Virus record (IMG/VR): IMGVR_UViG_3300014159_000003
Coordinates: 1-35,409 of that record
Length of the DNA: 35,409 nucleotides
Source of the DNA: a virus
Taxonomy: Duplodnaviria > Caudoviricetes
Reading direction: 5' to 3' (one strand)
Made by a program: the position numbers and the translations under genes. Under the pieces are notes generated by a model that saw only the letters and a program-made list of their open reading frames with translations, was not told where the DNA came from and made no database searches. Positions 27,296 to 35,409 of this stretch are shown in pieces; the stretch's first letter is position 1; each line of letters begins with the position of its first letter.

Positions 27296-28019
27296 GGGCA
27301 TCCTTCCTAAAGTTATCTAATCTTTCAATAGAATTCTTATGATAAATAGGATCTTTTTCTATGCAAATGAAGTTTCTGCCAGATTTTACCGCTGCTATTG
27401 CTGTAGAGCCAGAACCACTTACCGGATCCAATATAATATCCCCTTCAAGGGAATAACTTTTAATAAGATGCTCAACAAGCGCTACAGGTTTCTGAGAACT
27501 GTGTATTGATTTACCGTAATCTCGAGAGAACTTTATCACCGATCTTGGATAACGATCTCCTTTATTATCTATAGGAATACGCAAGGTTCGATCTGAAAGA
27601 TGGGAAAATTTTGAACTTACTTTTATTTGATAGGGTTTTTTCCCCTGTGCTTTTTGGGGATAGTAGCAAGGTGACTCTTTTCCAAAAACAAGGATATGCT
27701 CATGAACAATAAATGGCATCTTTTTAACCAAAAAAGGATTAGAACCATTGTCCTTCTCCCATATCCATTCATGCCTGAACCATTTCGATTTACTCTGTAT
27801 TAATTCAGATGAAAAGGGTTGCGTGGCCGTAAAAACAATAGCTGTTTTTGGTTTAATGATACGCTCTATCTCTTTCCATAATAGATTCAAATCAATTTTT
27901 TTATCCCAATGATTCTCTGTAATACCATAAGGCAAATCGAGAAAGACCATAGATATAGATTTTTCCTCTATTTGCTTCATTGTTTCAAGACAACATCCTT
28001 GGTGGATATTATTTATCAT
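27282..28019 (-). CDS. DNA N4/N6 methyltransferase (beta class), orphan
   Basis: DLPY motif IV, HSSQKPVAL, ILDPVSGSGST motif I. Confidence 0.92.
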   Translation of the reverse strand: MINNIHQGCCLETMKQIEEKSISMVFLDLPYGITENHWDKKIDLNLLWKEIERIIKPKTAIVFTATQPFSSELIQSKSKWFRHEWIWEKDNGSNPFLVKKMPFIVHEHILVFGKESPCYYPQKAQGKKPYQIKVSSKFSHLSDRTLRIPIDNKGDRYPRSVIKFSRDYGKSIHSSQKPVALVEHLIKSYSLEGDIILDPVSGSGSTAIAAVKSGRNFICIEKDPIYHKNSIERLDNFRKDAHGKK

Positions 28020-28410
28020 TACTCTCCCATATTACTATCTCTGTTCTAGGTTCTAGTGAGTATATCTTCTTAGAAGATGAATACCAAACAAGAGAATCAT
28101 CCTCAAAGACAATACCTTTAAGACAATCCAATATAAGCTTCTCTAGATTATCTTTATCAGGTCGTGATATATGTGGCTGATCAATAAGTTCTTGTCGTTT
28201 GATCTTACTCAAAGAAGAACCAATAGGCATAAAGAAAATAATCGAGAGTCTTATTGGTCCAGTGAGAATCTTAAGACCAATTGATTGACACATAATCTCA
28301 TAACGAAGAGCATTCTTATGCAGAGCTCTAGGATCATAAAAACGACCCTTAGACGAACGAACTTCCTTCTTTGGTAGTGGGATACCAGAAAGTATAATAA
28401 TGCGCTTCAA
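28009..28410 (-). CDS. rusA: RusA-family Holliday junction resolvase
   Basis: RPDKDNLEKLILDCL.G.VFEDD motif. Confidence 0.88.
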   Translation of the reverse strand: MKRIIILSGIPLPKKEVRSSKGRFYDPRALHKNALRYEIMCQSIGLKILTGPIRLSIIFFMPIGSSLSKIKRQELIDQPHISRPDKDNLEKLILDCLKGIVFEDDSLVWYSSSKKIYSLEPRTEIVIWESNDK

Positions 28411-28808
28411 AATGGTTCGTCATTCATAGTTATTCTAAAATCAAGCAAGCCAACAGTACATGTAAGTTTATCATCAAGATAATGTTGGATGAGACAGGTA
28501 GCATAATTCTGCTTCTGATTCTCTTTGGGGAAGAATCGTAACTTGAAAATTGATCCTATCTCACCTGGTTCTGGCTTATAATGTTCAGTATCTTTAGAAA
28601 TGAACTCCTTAAAGTCAACAATCATTATAGCTATCTGCGGATTGACGAATACTTTATATCTAGAACGATGTTTATTCTTTTTGCATTCATTCCTATCCCA
28701 ATTTGCATCATGTTCAGTAATAGCTTTCTGAAAAGCATGCAATCTACCAATCATATCAGTAGGTTTCTCAATGATTATTGGTGGCGCAATACATTCTACT
28801 GCTTTCAT
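28407..28808 (-). CDS. Hypothetical protein
   Basis: 133 aa, AGGAG RBS, overlaps rusA. Confidence 0.6.
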   Translation of the reverse strand: MKAVECIAPPIIIEKPTDMIGRLHAFQKAITEHDANWDRNECKKNKHRSRYKVFVNPQIAIMIVDFKEFISKDTEHYKPEPGEIGSIFKLRFFPKENQKQNYATCLIQHYLDDKLTCTVGLLDFRITMNDEPF

Positions 28809-28817
28809 TATTTACTC

Positions 28818-29327
28818 CTAATCTCGCATCTCATGTAACCAAAATGGCTTCTTTATATCATCACCAAAGAGCCTTCTGAAGTTTGCTCCTGCTTCGCTAT
28901 TTTGCCAATCAGTAAATTGATTTGTTTCCTCAACTATCTGATCCAGTGTTCTTTGGGGACGTGGTCCATAGTTCTCTTGTATCTGTTTTCGCGGCGCAAT
29001 CTCCTTTTTTGCCGGAACCACCGTCAGGAAGTTGGGATTTGCCGGCATAGTATATTTTTTGGCCAACTCTTCTGTCTTAGCATAATCGATAGGCAATTTG
29101 TTATCGACCGAATAGCCCAGACACAAAGCATAAAACGACTTAAAGGGATCCGCAGAAATCGGGGCGTAACGCAGTTGTTTATCAGCATATGCTATAGCAT
29201 TACTCGCAAAGCATGAAAGCTTGATGCGCCCCCAACTGCTTAACTTCAGCGATTCTATTGCCATAATCGAAGGACTTATTGGGTTGAACGGTGCTACAGT
29301 GTTAGGGCTTTGAACCGGTTGTGTCAT
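28818..29327 (-). CDS. Hypothetical protein downstream of the initiator
   Basis: 169 aa, ATGA overlap with initiator. Confidence 0.6.
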   Translation of the reverse strand: MTQPVQSPNTVAPFNPISPSIMAIESLKLSSWGRIKLSCFASNAIAYADKQLRYAPISADPFKSFYALCLGYSVDNKLPIDYAKTEELAKKYTMPANPNFLTVVPAKKEIAPRKQIQENYGPRPQRTLDQIVEETNQFTDWQNSEAGANFRRLFGDDIKKPFWLHEMRD

Positions 29328-30031
29328 AGCAGGTCTTTCCCATTATTGGTAGTTGGTTCTTTCCATGAAGCGAATCTCGCCTTCAAGGCTAGTAAGGTTG
29401 GATGATTGGGATCGATTTCAGAGTGATTATCTTTTTTGATAGGCGTTGGCGTGTTTCCAACTGATAGGAATGCTCCAATTTTTCTAAATCCTGTCGGAGG
29501 TACTGGATTCTTCGACGTTACATTATCATTAGATAAACAATATCTTTCTTTATTCCTAATATATTCATTCGATTGTGTGACTTGCCTTTGCATGAGGGAT
29601 CTAGATATACTTCCCATCATTGCTGAACGAGTAGGACAGAGCAATATAAAGAATGAGAAAACAGCAGGCATAAGTCGAGCTAATAACGTACGTATTTTGT
29701 CAGTTTTAACAAAATCACCAAGACGATACGTATTAGTTCTCATATGACGATAATGGGAATAAATAAGACCATCTTCATGGAACTTGCCAAGAGCTCTATT
29801 AACTACTTCTCTACAGTATCCTGTCTTGCGAGCTATGGTAGATTGACTCATCCATAGTTCAGGAAGACGATACGAATTGTTAATGATATACAGGAGTACA
29901 TCTCTCTCTGAAGGCTTTAAATGACTGAAATAATGATCAGGATAATCTGATACAGACTGAATCGGAATCAGTTTTCTTGAATTTGCTTCTTGACGTGTTT
30001 CCCAGATTCTTGTACGCTTATTTGAAATCAA
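29324..30031 (-). CDS. Replication initiator-like winged-HTH protein (likely TTG start 30031)
   Basis: WMSQSTIARKTGYCREVVNRAL...GLI...RTNTY HTH pattern; GGAGG RBS. Confidence 0.7.
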   Translation of the reverse strand: MISNKRTRIWETRQEANSRKLIPIQSVSDYPDHYFSHLKPSERDVLLYIINNSYRLPELWMSQSTIARKTGYCREVVNRALGKFHEDGLIYSHYRHMRTNTYRLGDFVKTDKIRTLLARLMPAVFSFFILLCPTRSAMMGSISRSLMQRQVTQSNEYIRNKERYCLSNDNVTSKNPVPPTGFRKIGAFLSVGNTPTPIKKDNHSEIDPNHPTLLALKARFASWKEPTTNNGKDLL

Positions 30032-30555
30032 ATTAAACCTCCCTTTGGAGCGTTTTTCCTTCTTTAATAATGCGCGTCGCCAAACACATACATTATTAAA
30101 GAGCAATTCAAAAAGTAGATGTCATAATAAAGCAAATTCGATCTTCATCTTCCAAGATGAATGTTAACTCCAGCAGTCGGGAATTAAAACCCCGGCTGTG
30201 GTTTTAACGTCTTTGAGATATTTCGAACTTGTATCTTCAGTTAATCGAAGATGTTGATGAGAATATCGTAGTAATAATAACTTTGCAAATGTAATCTTTG
30301 AAAGAATGTCATAGGGCTTATGTTGGGGCGGCATTTCAATATAATACTAGCTTCTACCTAGTGTTATTAAGGAGTGATAAAAAACTACGCAATCAATCTA
30401 GGACTATACTATTCTTTCAGGATTGCACTAAAGAAATGAATGGGGCCATCTATGGAGATGCCGCGCTTAATAAGCAGCCCGTTGAAGAGGCGATTAATCA
30501 AATATCTTCGCAGGCACCATGCGGCCTCATCAAATCTACTTGAAATAAAATATGT

Positions 30556-30639
30556 GGAGAGGTGGCAGAGTGGTCGATTGCGGCGGTCTTGAAAACCGTT
30601 GTACCTAGCGTACCGTGAGTTCGAATCTCACCATCTCCT
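30556..30639 (+). tRNA. tRNA-Ser(TGA), no encoded CCA
   Basis: GGAGAGG acceptor, GCGGT-CTTGAAA-ACCGT anticodon arm, long variable arm, GTTCGAATC T loop. Confidence 0.9.
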
Positions 30640-30642
30640 TAT

Positions 30643-30730
30643 GGAAGCTTGGCTGAGTGGCCTAAAGCGCGCGTTTGCTAAATGCGTTAGGGTAATACCT
30701 ACGAAGGTTCGAATCCTTCAGCTTCCACCA
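30643..30730 (+). tRNA. tRNA-Ser(GCT) with CCA
   Basis: GGAAGCT/AGCTTCC acceptor, CGCGT-TTGCTAA-ATGCG, variable arm, GGTTCGAATCC, ACCA. Confidence 0.92.
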
Positions 30731-30739
30731 AATCTAAAT

Positions 30740-30812
30740 GCTTGAGTAGCTCAGTTGGTAGAGCGCTTGTTTGAAGAACAAGGGGCGGCTGGTTCGATTC
30801 CAGCCTCAAGCA
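30740..30812 (+). tRNA. tRNA-Phe(GAA), no encoded CCA
   Basis: GCTTGAG/CTCAAGC acceptor, D arm GCTC/GAGC, CTTGT-TTGAAGA-ACAAG, GGTTCGATTCC. Confidence 0.9.
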
Positions 30813-30889
30813 ATCTTATCTAACATATATCTAGACATATATATAATCTATGGTACTCTATGGGTAATTAACAATTCAACCCGTAAAGG

Positions 30890-31213
30890 ATGCCCATGGA
30901 AGAAATATTATTAGTGTTGCCGGATCTTTATGAAGATCATAAGATTCGAGATCAAAAATGGATAGAGATTGCTGAGAATTGTTTCAAGATACAACAGGTT
31001 CGTAAACACTATGAAACGCTTGAAAGGAGAGCTTTTGAACACCTCAAAGAAATATCTGAGGGGTTGTCTTCTAAGGGTGGCAGATTTGTCTATACATGTA
31101 CCTTCCGTAAGGGTTCTGTAGATTATGCTAAGATACCTGAACTCAAGAGTATAAATCTTGAGCTCTACAGAAAACAAGATACACAAGCTTGGTACTTTAA
31201 GACGATAGGATAA
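30890..31213 (+). CDS. Hypothetical phage protein (recombination operon)
   Basis: RKGSVDYAKIPELK...LELYRK resembles the C-terminal region of YqaJ-type phage proteins. Confidence 0.6.
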   Translation: MPMEEILLVLPDLYEDHKIRDQKWIEIAENCFKIQQVRKHYETLERRAFEHLKEISEGLSSKGGRFVYTCTFRKGSVDYAKIPELKSINLELYRKQDTQAWYFKTIG

Positions 31214-31214
31214 T

Positions 31215-31391
31215 ATGTCTTGTCCTTGGAATGATTACTTACAATATCTTGCAGAGTCTGCAGAAGAACAATATGAGTACGAACAATCAATAGATCTTTG
31301 CGATATATGCCATAATGGTAAGGTTTACCAATACTGTGTTATTCAAGATAAAAACTTTTGCCAACCTTGCGCAGATAGAGGAGAAGCATAA
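31215..31391 (+). CDS. 58-aa putative zinc-finger protein (not in ORF track)
   Basis: CDIC...CQPC; TAATG-coupled to next gene. Confidence 0.6.
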   Translation: MSCPWNDYLQYLAESAEEQYEYEQSIDLCDICHNGKVYQYCVIQDKNFCQPCADRGEA

Positions 31392-31588
31392 TGTCTATAA
31401 ACAAAATCAATCACTGTGATAGTCTTCTTGAATGTGCGTTAAAGATCGCTGAATTTGCCCGGAGCGTGAAGGAAGATGTTATCTCGGGTGCCAATACTCC
31501 GGACGAAGAAACGTTCCGCTTAATGAGAAAAGAAGCCATTAATCTACAGAGAATGTTAATCCATACTGAAGAGGCATTGAAACAATGA
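31391..31588 (+). CDS. Hypothetical protein
   Basis: 65 aa, GAGGAG RBS, coupled on both sides. Confidence 0.6.
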   Translation: MSINKINHCDSLLECALKIAEFARSVKEDVISGANTPDEETFRLMRKEAINLQRMLIHTEEALKQ

Positions 31589-32193
31589 ATAAATCAGAAC
31601 AATTAGATCAACTCTTTACTGCATTATCTAAAGCACAAGGCGAGATAGAGATAGCAGGACGCAAAGCAGCAAATCCTTTCTTTAAGAGTAACTATGCTGA
31701 TTTAGCTGAGATTGTACGCGTATCTAGGCCTCATCTCGTTAAGAATGGTTTATGTGTAAGCCAATGGATGGCTGGTGGGAACTTCTATACTATGTTAGGG
31801 CATACAAGTGGCCAATGGATCCAAAGTGAGCTTCCAATATCTCCTGCAAAGACCGATGTTCAGAGTCTTGGTTCTTATATCAGTTATCTTCGTCGTTACT
31901 CGTATAGTGCCCTTATTGGCGTTGTGGATGGTGAATGCGACGATGACGGAGAAAGCCAAATGGATCGTAACGCACAACAGCCTCCAAAAGTGCACGATAG
32001 TAATCTAGTATCTAAAGATCAGTACACTATCCTTGATAAAGAGATGAAGAAGCTCCCTCAAGTTGAGCAAGACTTCCTCATGGAGAAGATCAGAGAAAAG
32101 CTGAAAGTATCTCATCTCTCTTATTTACCACATACCTATTTCGAGAGTACGCTTGGTCGAATTCGTGAGACACAGAAAACACTTGGAGTCTAA
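31585..32193 (+). CDS. erf: ERF-family single-strand annealing protein
   Basis: ALSKAQ, NPFFKSNYADL, HTSGQW, GSYISYLRRY, DDDG. Confidence 0.92.
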   Translation: MNKSEQLDQLFTALSKAQGEIEIAGRKAANPFFKSNYADLAEIVRVSRPHLVKNGLCVSQWMAGGNFYTMLGHTSGQWIQSELPISPAKTDVQSLGSYISYLRRYSYSALIGVVDGECDDDGESQMDRNAQQPPKVHDSNLVSKDQYTILDKEMKKLPQVEQDFLMEKIREKLKVSHLSYLPHTYFESTLGRIRETQKTLGV

Positions 32194-32203
32194 AGGAGAC
32201 TAG

Positions 32204-32443
32204 ATGTACGATGTTGATAGATATGTAGCGCCAACCAATCTTGATTATGCTCCTTATGGATCCTTATGGACCTATAAAGCTGATATACGAGATATCCTAT
32301 TCATACAAATGGGCAAAGAAGAGATTGATTGGCATCCTATAGGATATTTACTTACTGCTATCTATAAAGATCGTATATATGACTCTAAGTTCAAAGAAGA
32401 ATGCCTTAAAGAATATGAAAAGACCTTATTAAAACACCCTTGA
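32204..32443 (+). CDS. Hypothetical protein
   Basis: 79 aa, AAGGAG RBS. Confidence 0.6.
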   Translation: MYDVDRYVAPTNLDYAPYGSLWTYKADIRDILFIQMGKEEIDWHPIGYLLTAIYKDRIYDSKFKEECLKEYEKTLLKHP

Positions 32444-32462
32444 TTGGGTGATTAGGCAAGAC

Positions 32463-32543
32463 CCACCATACATTCTGCGTGGTTGCGGGAATGTATGGTG
32501 GTGATAAAACAAAATCTCCCGATACCTCACGGCAGCGGGAGAA
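32463..32543. terminator. Hairpins at the convergence of early (+) and tail (-) transcription
   Basis: CCACCATACATTC/GAATGTATGGTGG and TCTCCCG/CGGGAGA (the latter followed by TTTTGTTTT on the minus strand). Confidence 0.65.
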
Positions 32544-32568
32544 CTAGAAAGAGTAAGTAATGATGGTC

Positions 32569-35316
32569 TTAGCGAGCTTCGAGTTGTTCTATGCGAGCTC
32601 GTAACTTTTTTATCTCATTAAGTAGTAATACTGGCAGCTCGTGATATCGAACTGTTTCAGGTAATCCCTTGGTTGACTCAGAATCACTGTATACAACCAA
32701 CTCAGGCATAACTTCATGTACCTCTTCGGCTATTAACCCTACCGAGAGTGTTTTCATTGGATCTGATTTGAAATAGAACGTTTTTGGTTCTAAATCATAG
32801 ATCCTGGTAGATAGATCTGCCATTGGTTTAATATTATTCTTAAAGCGCTTAGATGAAGAAGTAGTACCAAGTTGACCCGCAGAATCTATAAGTACCGCTA
32901 CAGCATTATTGTTGACAGTAGTAGTACCACGAATACCAGCGATAAATGTAGCATTCTGTTGTCCTGCACCACTACCAGATACACCAATTCTTAGAGCATT
33001 ACTTTCACTATTTATTCCAGGATTACCTAATAAGATATTATTGCTTTCAGAAGAAGTATAAGCACAAGCAGCACTATATAAAATAATATTGTTATTTCCT
33101 GTAGTAATCCCTGCAGAAGCATTAGCATTACAACCTGCTACAACACCAATTAAAGTATTATTTATACCAGTTGTAATTTGTCTTCCAGAGAAAGCTCCAA
33201 CAGCAGTATTATTTCCTTGAGAACTACCACCAGAACCAGATGCAGTAAAATTAGTAAGAGATTGAGCTCCAACAGCAGTATTAGCACTACCATTAGCAAT
33301 ATTTGTACCTGCTAATGACATCAAAGCATTAAATCCTACAGCAGTACAACTTTGAGAAAAGCTTGTGTTAAAAGCAGTATTACCTGCACCTACTCCAACA
33401 AATGCATTATTTACCCCATAATTACTATAGCAAGCGGCGATATCAGTATACGCTACTTGACCAGCACCAACACCATATTGACCTATACGTAAATGATTTG
33501 ATTCTCCATTAACTCCACCATTTTCTATAAGAATATTATTACTCTCACTAGAAGTATAAGCACAATCTAGATTTCCTAAAATAACATTATTTATACCAGT
33601 AGTTATACCTACACTAAATGATGATCCAGTACCAGACTGATTACCAATTAAAGTATTAGCACTGCCCGTCGTAAGATAACCACCAGACCCAGTACCAACG
33701 CAAGTATTACTTCCTACTACATTAGGTGCAGCTGATGAAGTAAAATTTAAAAGCGATTGGGCTCCAATAGCGACATTATTAGATCCAGTTTTTAGACCAA
33801 CAGAACCAGTTAAAGCATTAAGGGCTTGATATCCTACTGCAACGTTACCTATTGCATTAGCGACAGTAAAAGTAAGATTAGCTGTTTGTTCACCAACAAA
33901 AGTATTAGCAGTTCCATAATTATTATATGTAGCTGCTATATAACTCTTATTAATTTGTTGTGTTCCAGTACCATAAGTACCAATACGTAACGTATTAGAT
34001 TCGCCAATTACTCCAGCATTAACTAGCAAGATATTATTGGATTCACTTGAAGTATAAGCACCCATTCCTAAAGAAATGATAGCGTTATTATTACCTGTAG
34101 TTAAACCAGTAGAAACGGTTGCAGATCCCGCTCCAGATCCAAGAAAAAGATTATTATATCCTGTAGTTAAGGCGACGCCAGATAATGCGCCTACAGCAGT
34201 ATTATTGGCTATAATAGTTATAGGAGCAGAGGTAAAACTGGTTAATGAAAATGCACCTATAGCAACATTATTGTTACCACATCCTACACCGGATACACCA
34301 CTTAAAGCACTTAAAGCACCATAACCAATTCCAACGTTATCTTCGGCATTAGCAATGGTTAATGTAGTATTACTTGCACCACCTAGGAAAGTATTTTGTG
34401 TTCCATAGTTAGTTACAAAAGCCAGATTGCCTAACCTTATTTGTCCTGATGTACCAGCATGATTAGTATTAGTTAGATTAATATTACCTGAAGATATCGT
34501 AAGATCACCAGTAGTAAGAGTAATAGCAGGCGATCCAGTAATAGGGGTTATATCTCCAAGAGTAATAGCATTATCAATAGCAACTACAAGAATATTGGTA
34601 GCGCCTCCTGTATTAATACCATGAGAACCATTAACATGAAGAATTCCACCTATAGGTATTGCAGTTCCAATATCAGCAACAAATTCATCCGGTAGAGATC
34701 CAGATGGTGTAATAGTCAACGTATGTGTAGCAGCATCACCTACTACAGAGATACTTCCTGTACCAACAAAATTAATATTTCCAGCAGTAGGTGCAATAGC
34801 ACCACCACTATTACCAGTAAGAGTCTCTATAGCACCAGTACTGACAAGAGATAAAGTAATAGTATGTGTAGCAGGATCACCTACACCTGTAATAGTTGTA
34901 CCATCGCCTACGATATTTATATTTCCTAAAAGAGGTGATACTGCACCACCTGTATTACTCGTAAGTGTTTCAGCAATCATTGATCCATTTGGAGTAATAG
35001 TTACTGTATTTCCAGATCCTGAGGTAAGTATGCCAGAAGATCCAAAGATATTAAGAATTCCTCCTACAGGAATAGCAGTTCCACTATTAGTAGGAAAATT
35101 ATCTGCTGCACCAGCATTCAATGATGCCCATACTGCTATACCTTCAGAAAGACTCGTCAGAACAAATAAACCAGTCGTAACTGTATTAAGCCAGAAGTCA
35201 TTAAGGCTCACATTCATGGAATCATTGGGAGTGGGATCTCGTCGCTGTTGTATCGTATTAGGAGGATACTGCGCATTAACGCCGACGGCACTTAGAGGAT
35301 TTTGGCCTGAAATCAT
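32569..35316 (-). CDS. Long tail fibre with C-terminal peptidase S74 intramolecular chaperone
   Basis: NTAVG..AL trimeric beta repeats, three YTSSESNNIL...ESN.LRIG repeats, SSKRFKNNI...GLIAEEV...P..V...coiled coil. Confidence 0.88.
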   Translation of the reverse strand: MISGQNPLSAVGVNAQYPPNTIQQRRDPTPNDSMNVSLNDFWLNTVTTGLFVLTSLSEGIAVWASLNAGAADNFPTNSGTAIPVGGILNIFGSSGILTSGSGNTVTITPNGSMIAETLTSNTGGAVSPLLGNINIVGDGTTITGVGDPATHTITLSLVSTGAIETLTGNSGGAIAPTAGNINFVGTGSISVVGDAATHTLTITPSGSLPDEFVADIGTAIPIGGILHVNGSHGINTGGATNILVVAIDNAITLGDITPITGSPAITLTTGDLTISSGNINLTNTNHAGTSGQIRLGNLAFVTNYGTQNTFLGGASNTTLTIANAEDNVGIGYGALSALSGVSGVGCGNNNVAIGAFSLTSFTSAPITIIANNTAVGALSGVALTTGYNNLFLGSGAGSATVSTGLTTGNNNAIISLGMGAYTSSESNNILLVNAGVIGESNTLRIGTYGTGTQQINKSYIAATYNNYGTANTFVGEQTANLTFTVANAIGNVAVGYQALNALTGSVGLKTGSNNVAIGAQSLLNFTSSAAPNVVGSNTCVGTGSGGYLTTGSANTLIGNQSGTGSSFSVGITTGINNVILGNLDCAYTSSESNNILIENGGVNGESNHLRIGQYGVGAGQVAYTDIAACYSNYGVNNAFVGVGAGNTAFNTSFSQSCTAVGFNALMSLAGTNIANGSANTAVGAQSLTNFTASGSGGSSQGNNTAVGAFSGRQITTGINNTLIGVVAGCNANASAGITTGNNNIILYSAACAYTSSESNNILLGNPGINSESNALRIGVSGSGAGQQNATFIAGIRGTTTVNNNAVAVLIDSAGQLGTTSSSKRFKNNIKPMADLSTRIYDLEPKTFYFKSDPMKTLSVGLIAEEVHEVMPELVVYSDSESTKGLPETVRYHELPVLLLNEIKKLRARIEQLEAR

Positions 35317-35409
35317 GGTTACTCCTTAGGCGACTAAATAGCCACTGAATGTTGTTCTTGGGTCACCCGAAGCGCCATATATACCAACAATTTTTGCTCC
35401 TCCACCCAC
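35287..35409. repeat. Terminal direct repeat copy 2 (circular overlap)
   Basis: Identical to 1-123. Confidence 0.97.

Noticed and set aside
30442-30530. tmRNA, tRNA-Ala or HDV-like (theta) ribozyme
   Set aside because: The GGGGCC start is suggestive, but there is no T-loop, tag ORF or HDV nested pseudoknot, and it lies 5' of the tRNAs; kept only as an unknown structure
30298-30543. 81-aa plus-strand ORF before the tRNAs
   Set aside because: TTG start without a clear RBS, no motifs, overlaps promoter-like and structured DNA
33000-34100. Diversity-generating retroelement TR/VR pair in the fibre repeats
   Set aside because: No reverse transcriptase in the genome and the repeat differences are not adenine-specific
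40-35316. Alternative genetic code or suppressor tRNA
   Set aside because: Long genes are intact in code 11 with all three stops used; the TGA anticodon reads Ser UCA codons, not a stop

Overview
The window looks like a complete, circularly assembled ~35,286-bp genome of a small tailed dsDNA phage with a P22/podovirus-like layout; bases 1-123 are repeated at 35287-35409. Most genes are on the minus strand: replication/early genes (HTH initiator, RusA, N4/N6 DNA methyltransferase), terminase small and large subunits, a ~4-kb accessory block (HTH proteins, small secreted-type proteins, RNA ligase), portal, scaffold, N4-gp56-type major capsid, neck/nozzle, three putative ejection proteins and a multi-gene tail-fibre block. 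The plus strand carries three tRNAs (Ser-TGA, Ser-GCT, Phe-GAA), an ERF recombination operon and a small RHH plus membrane-peptide cassette. The main finding is at the major capsid gene. It is split after codon 13 by a 247-nt, ORF-less group I intron that the ORF track misses. Its ~150-nt 5' leader consists of three tandem, covarying H-type pseudoknots starting at a predicted promoter. No lysin, polymerase or intact integrase is recognisable. All protein calls come from motif recognition and synteny, not database searches.
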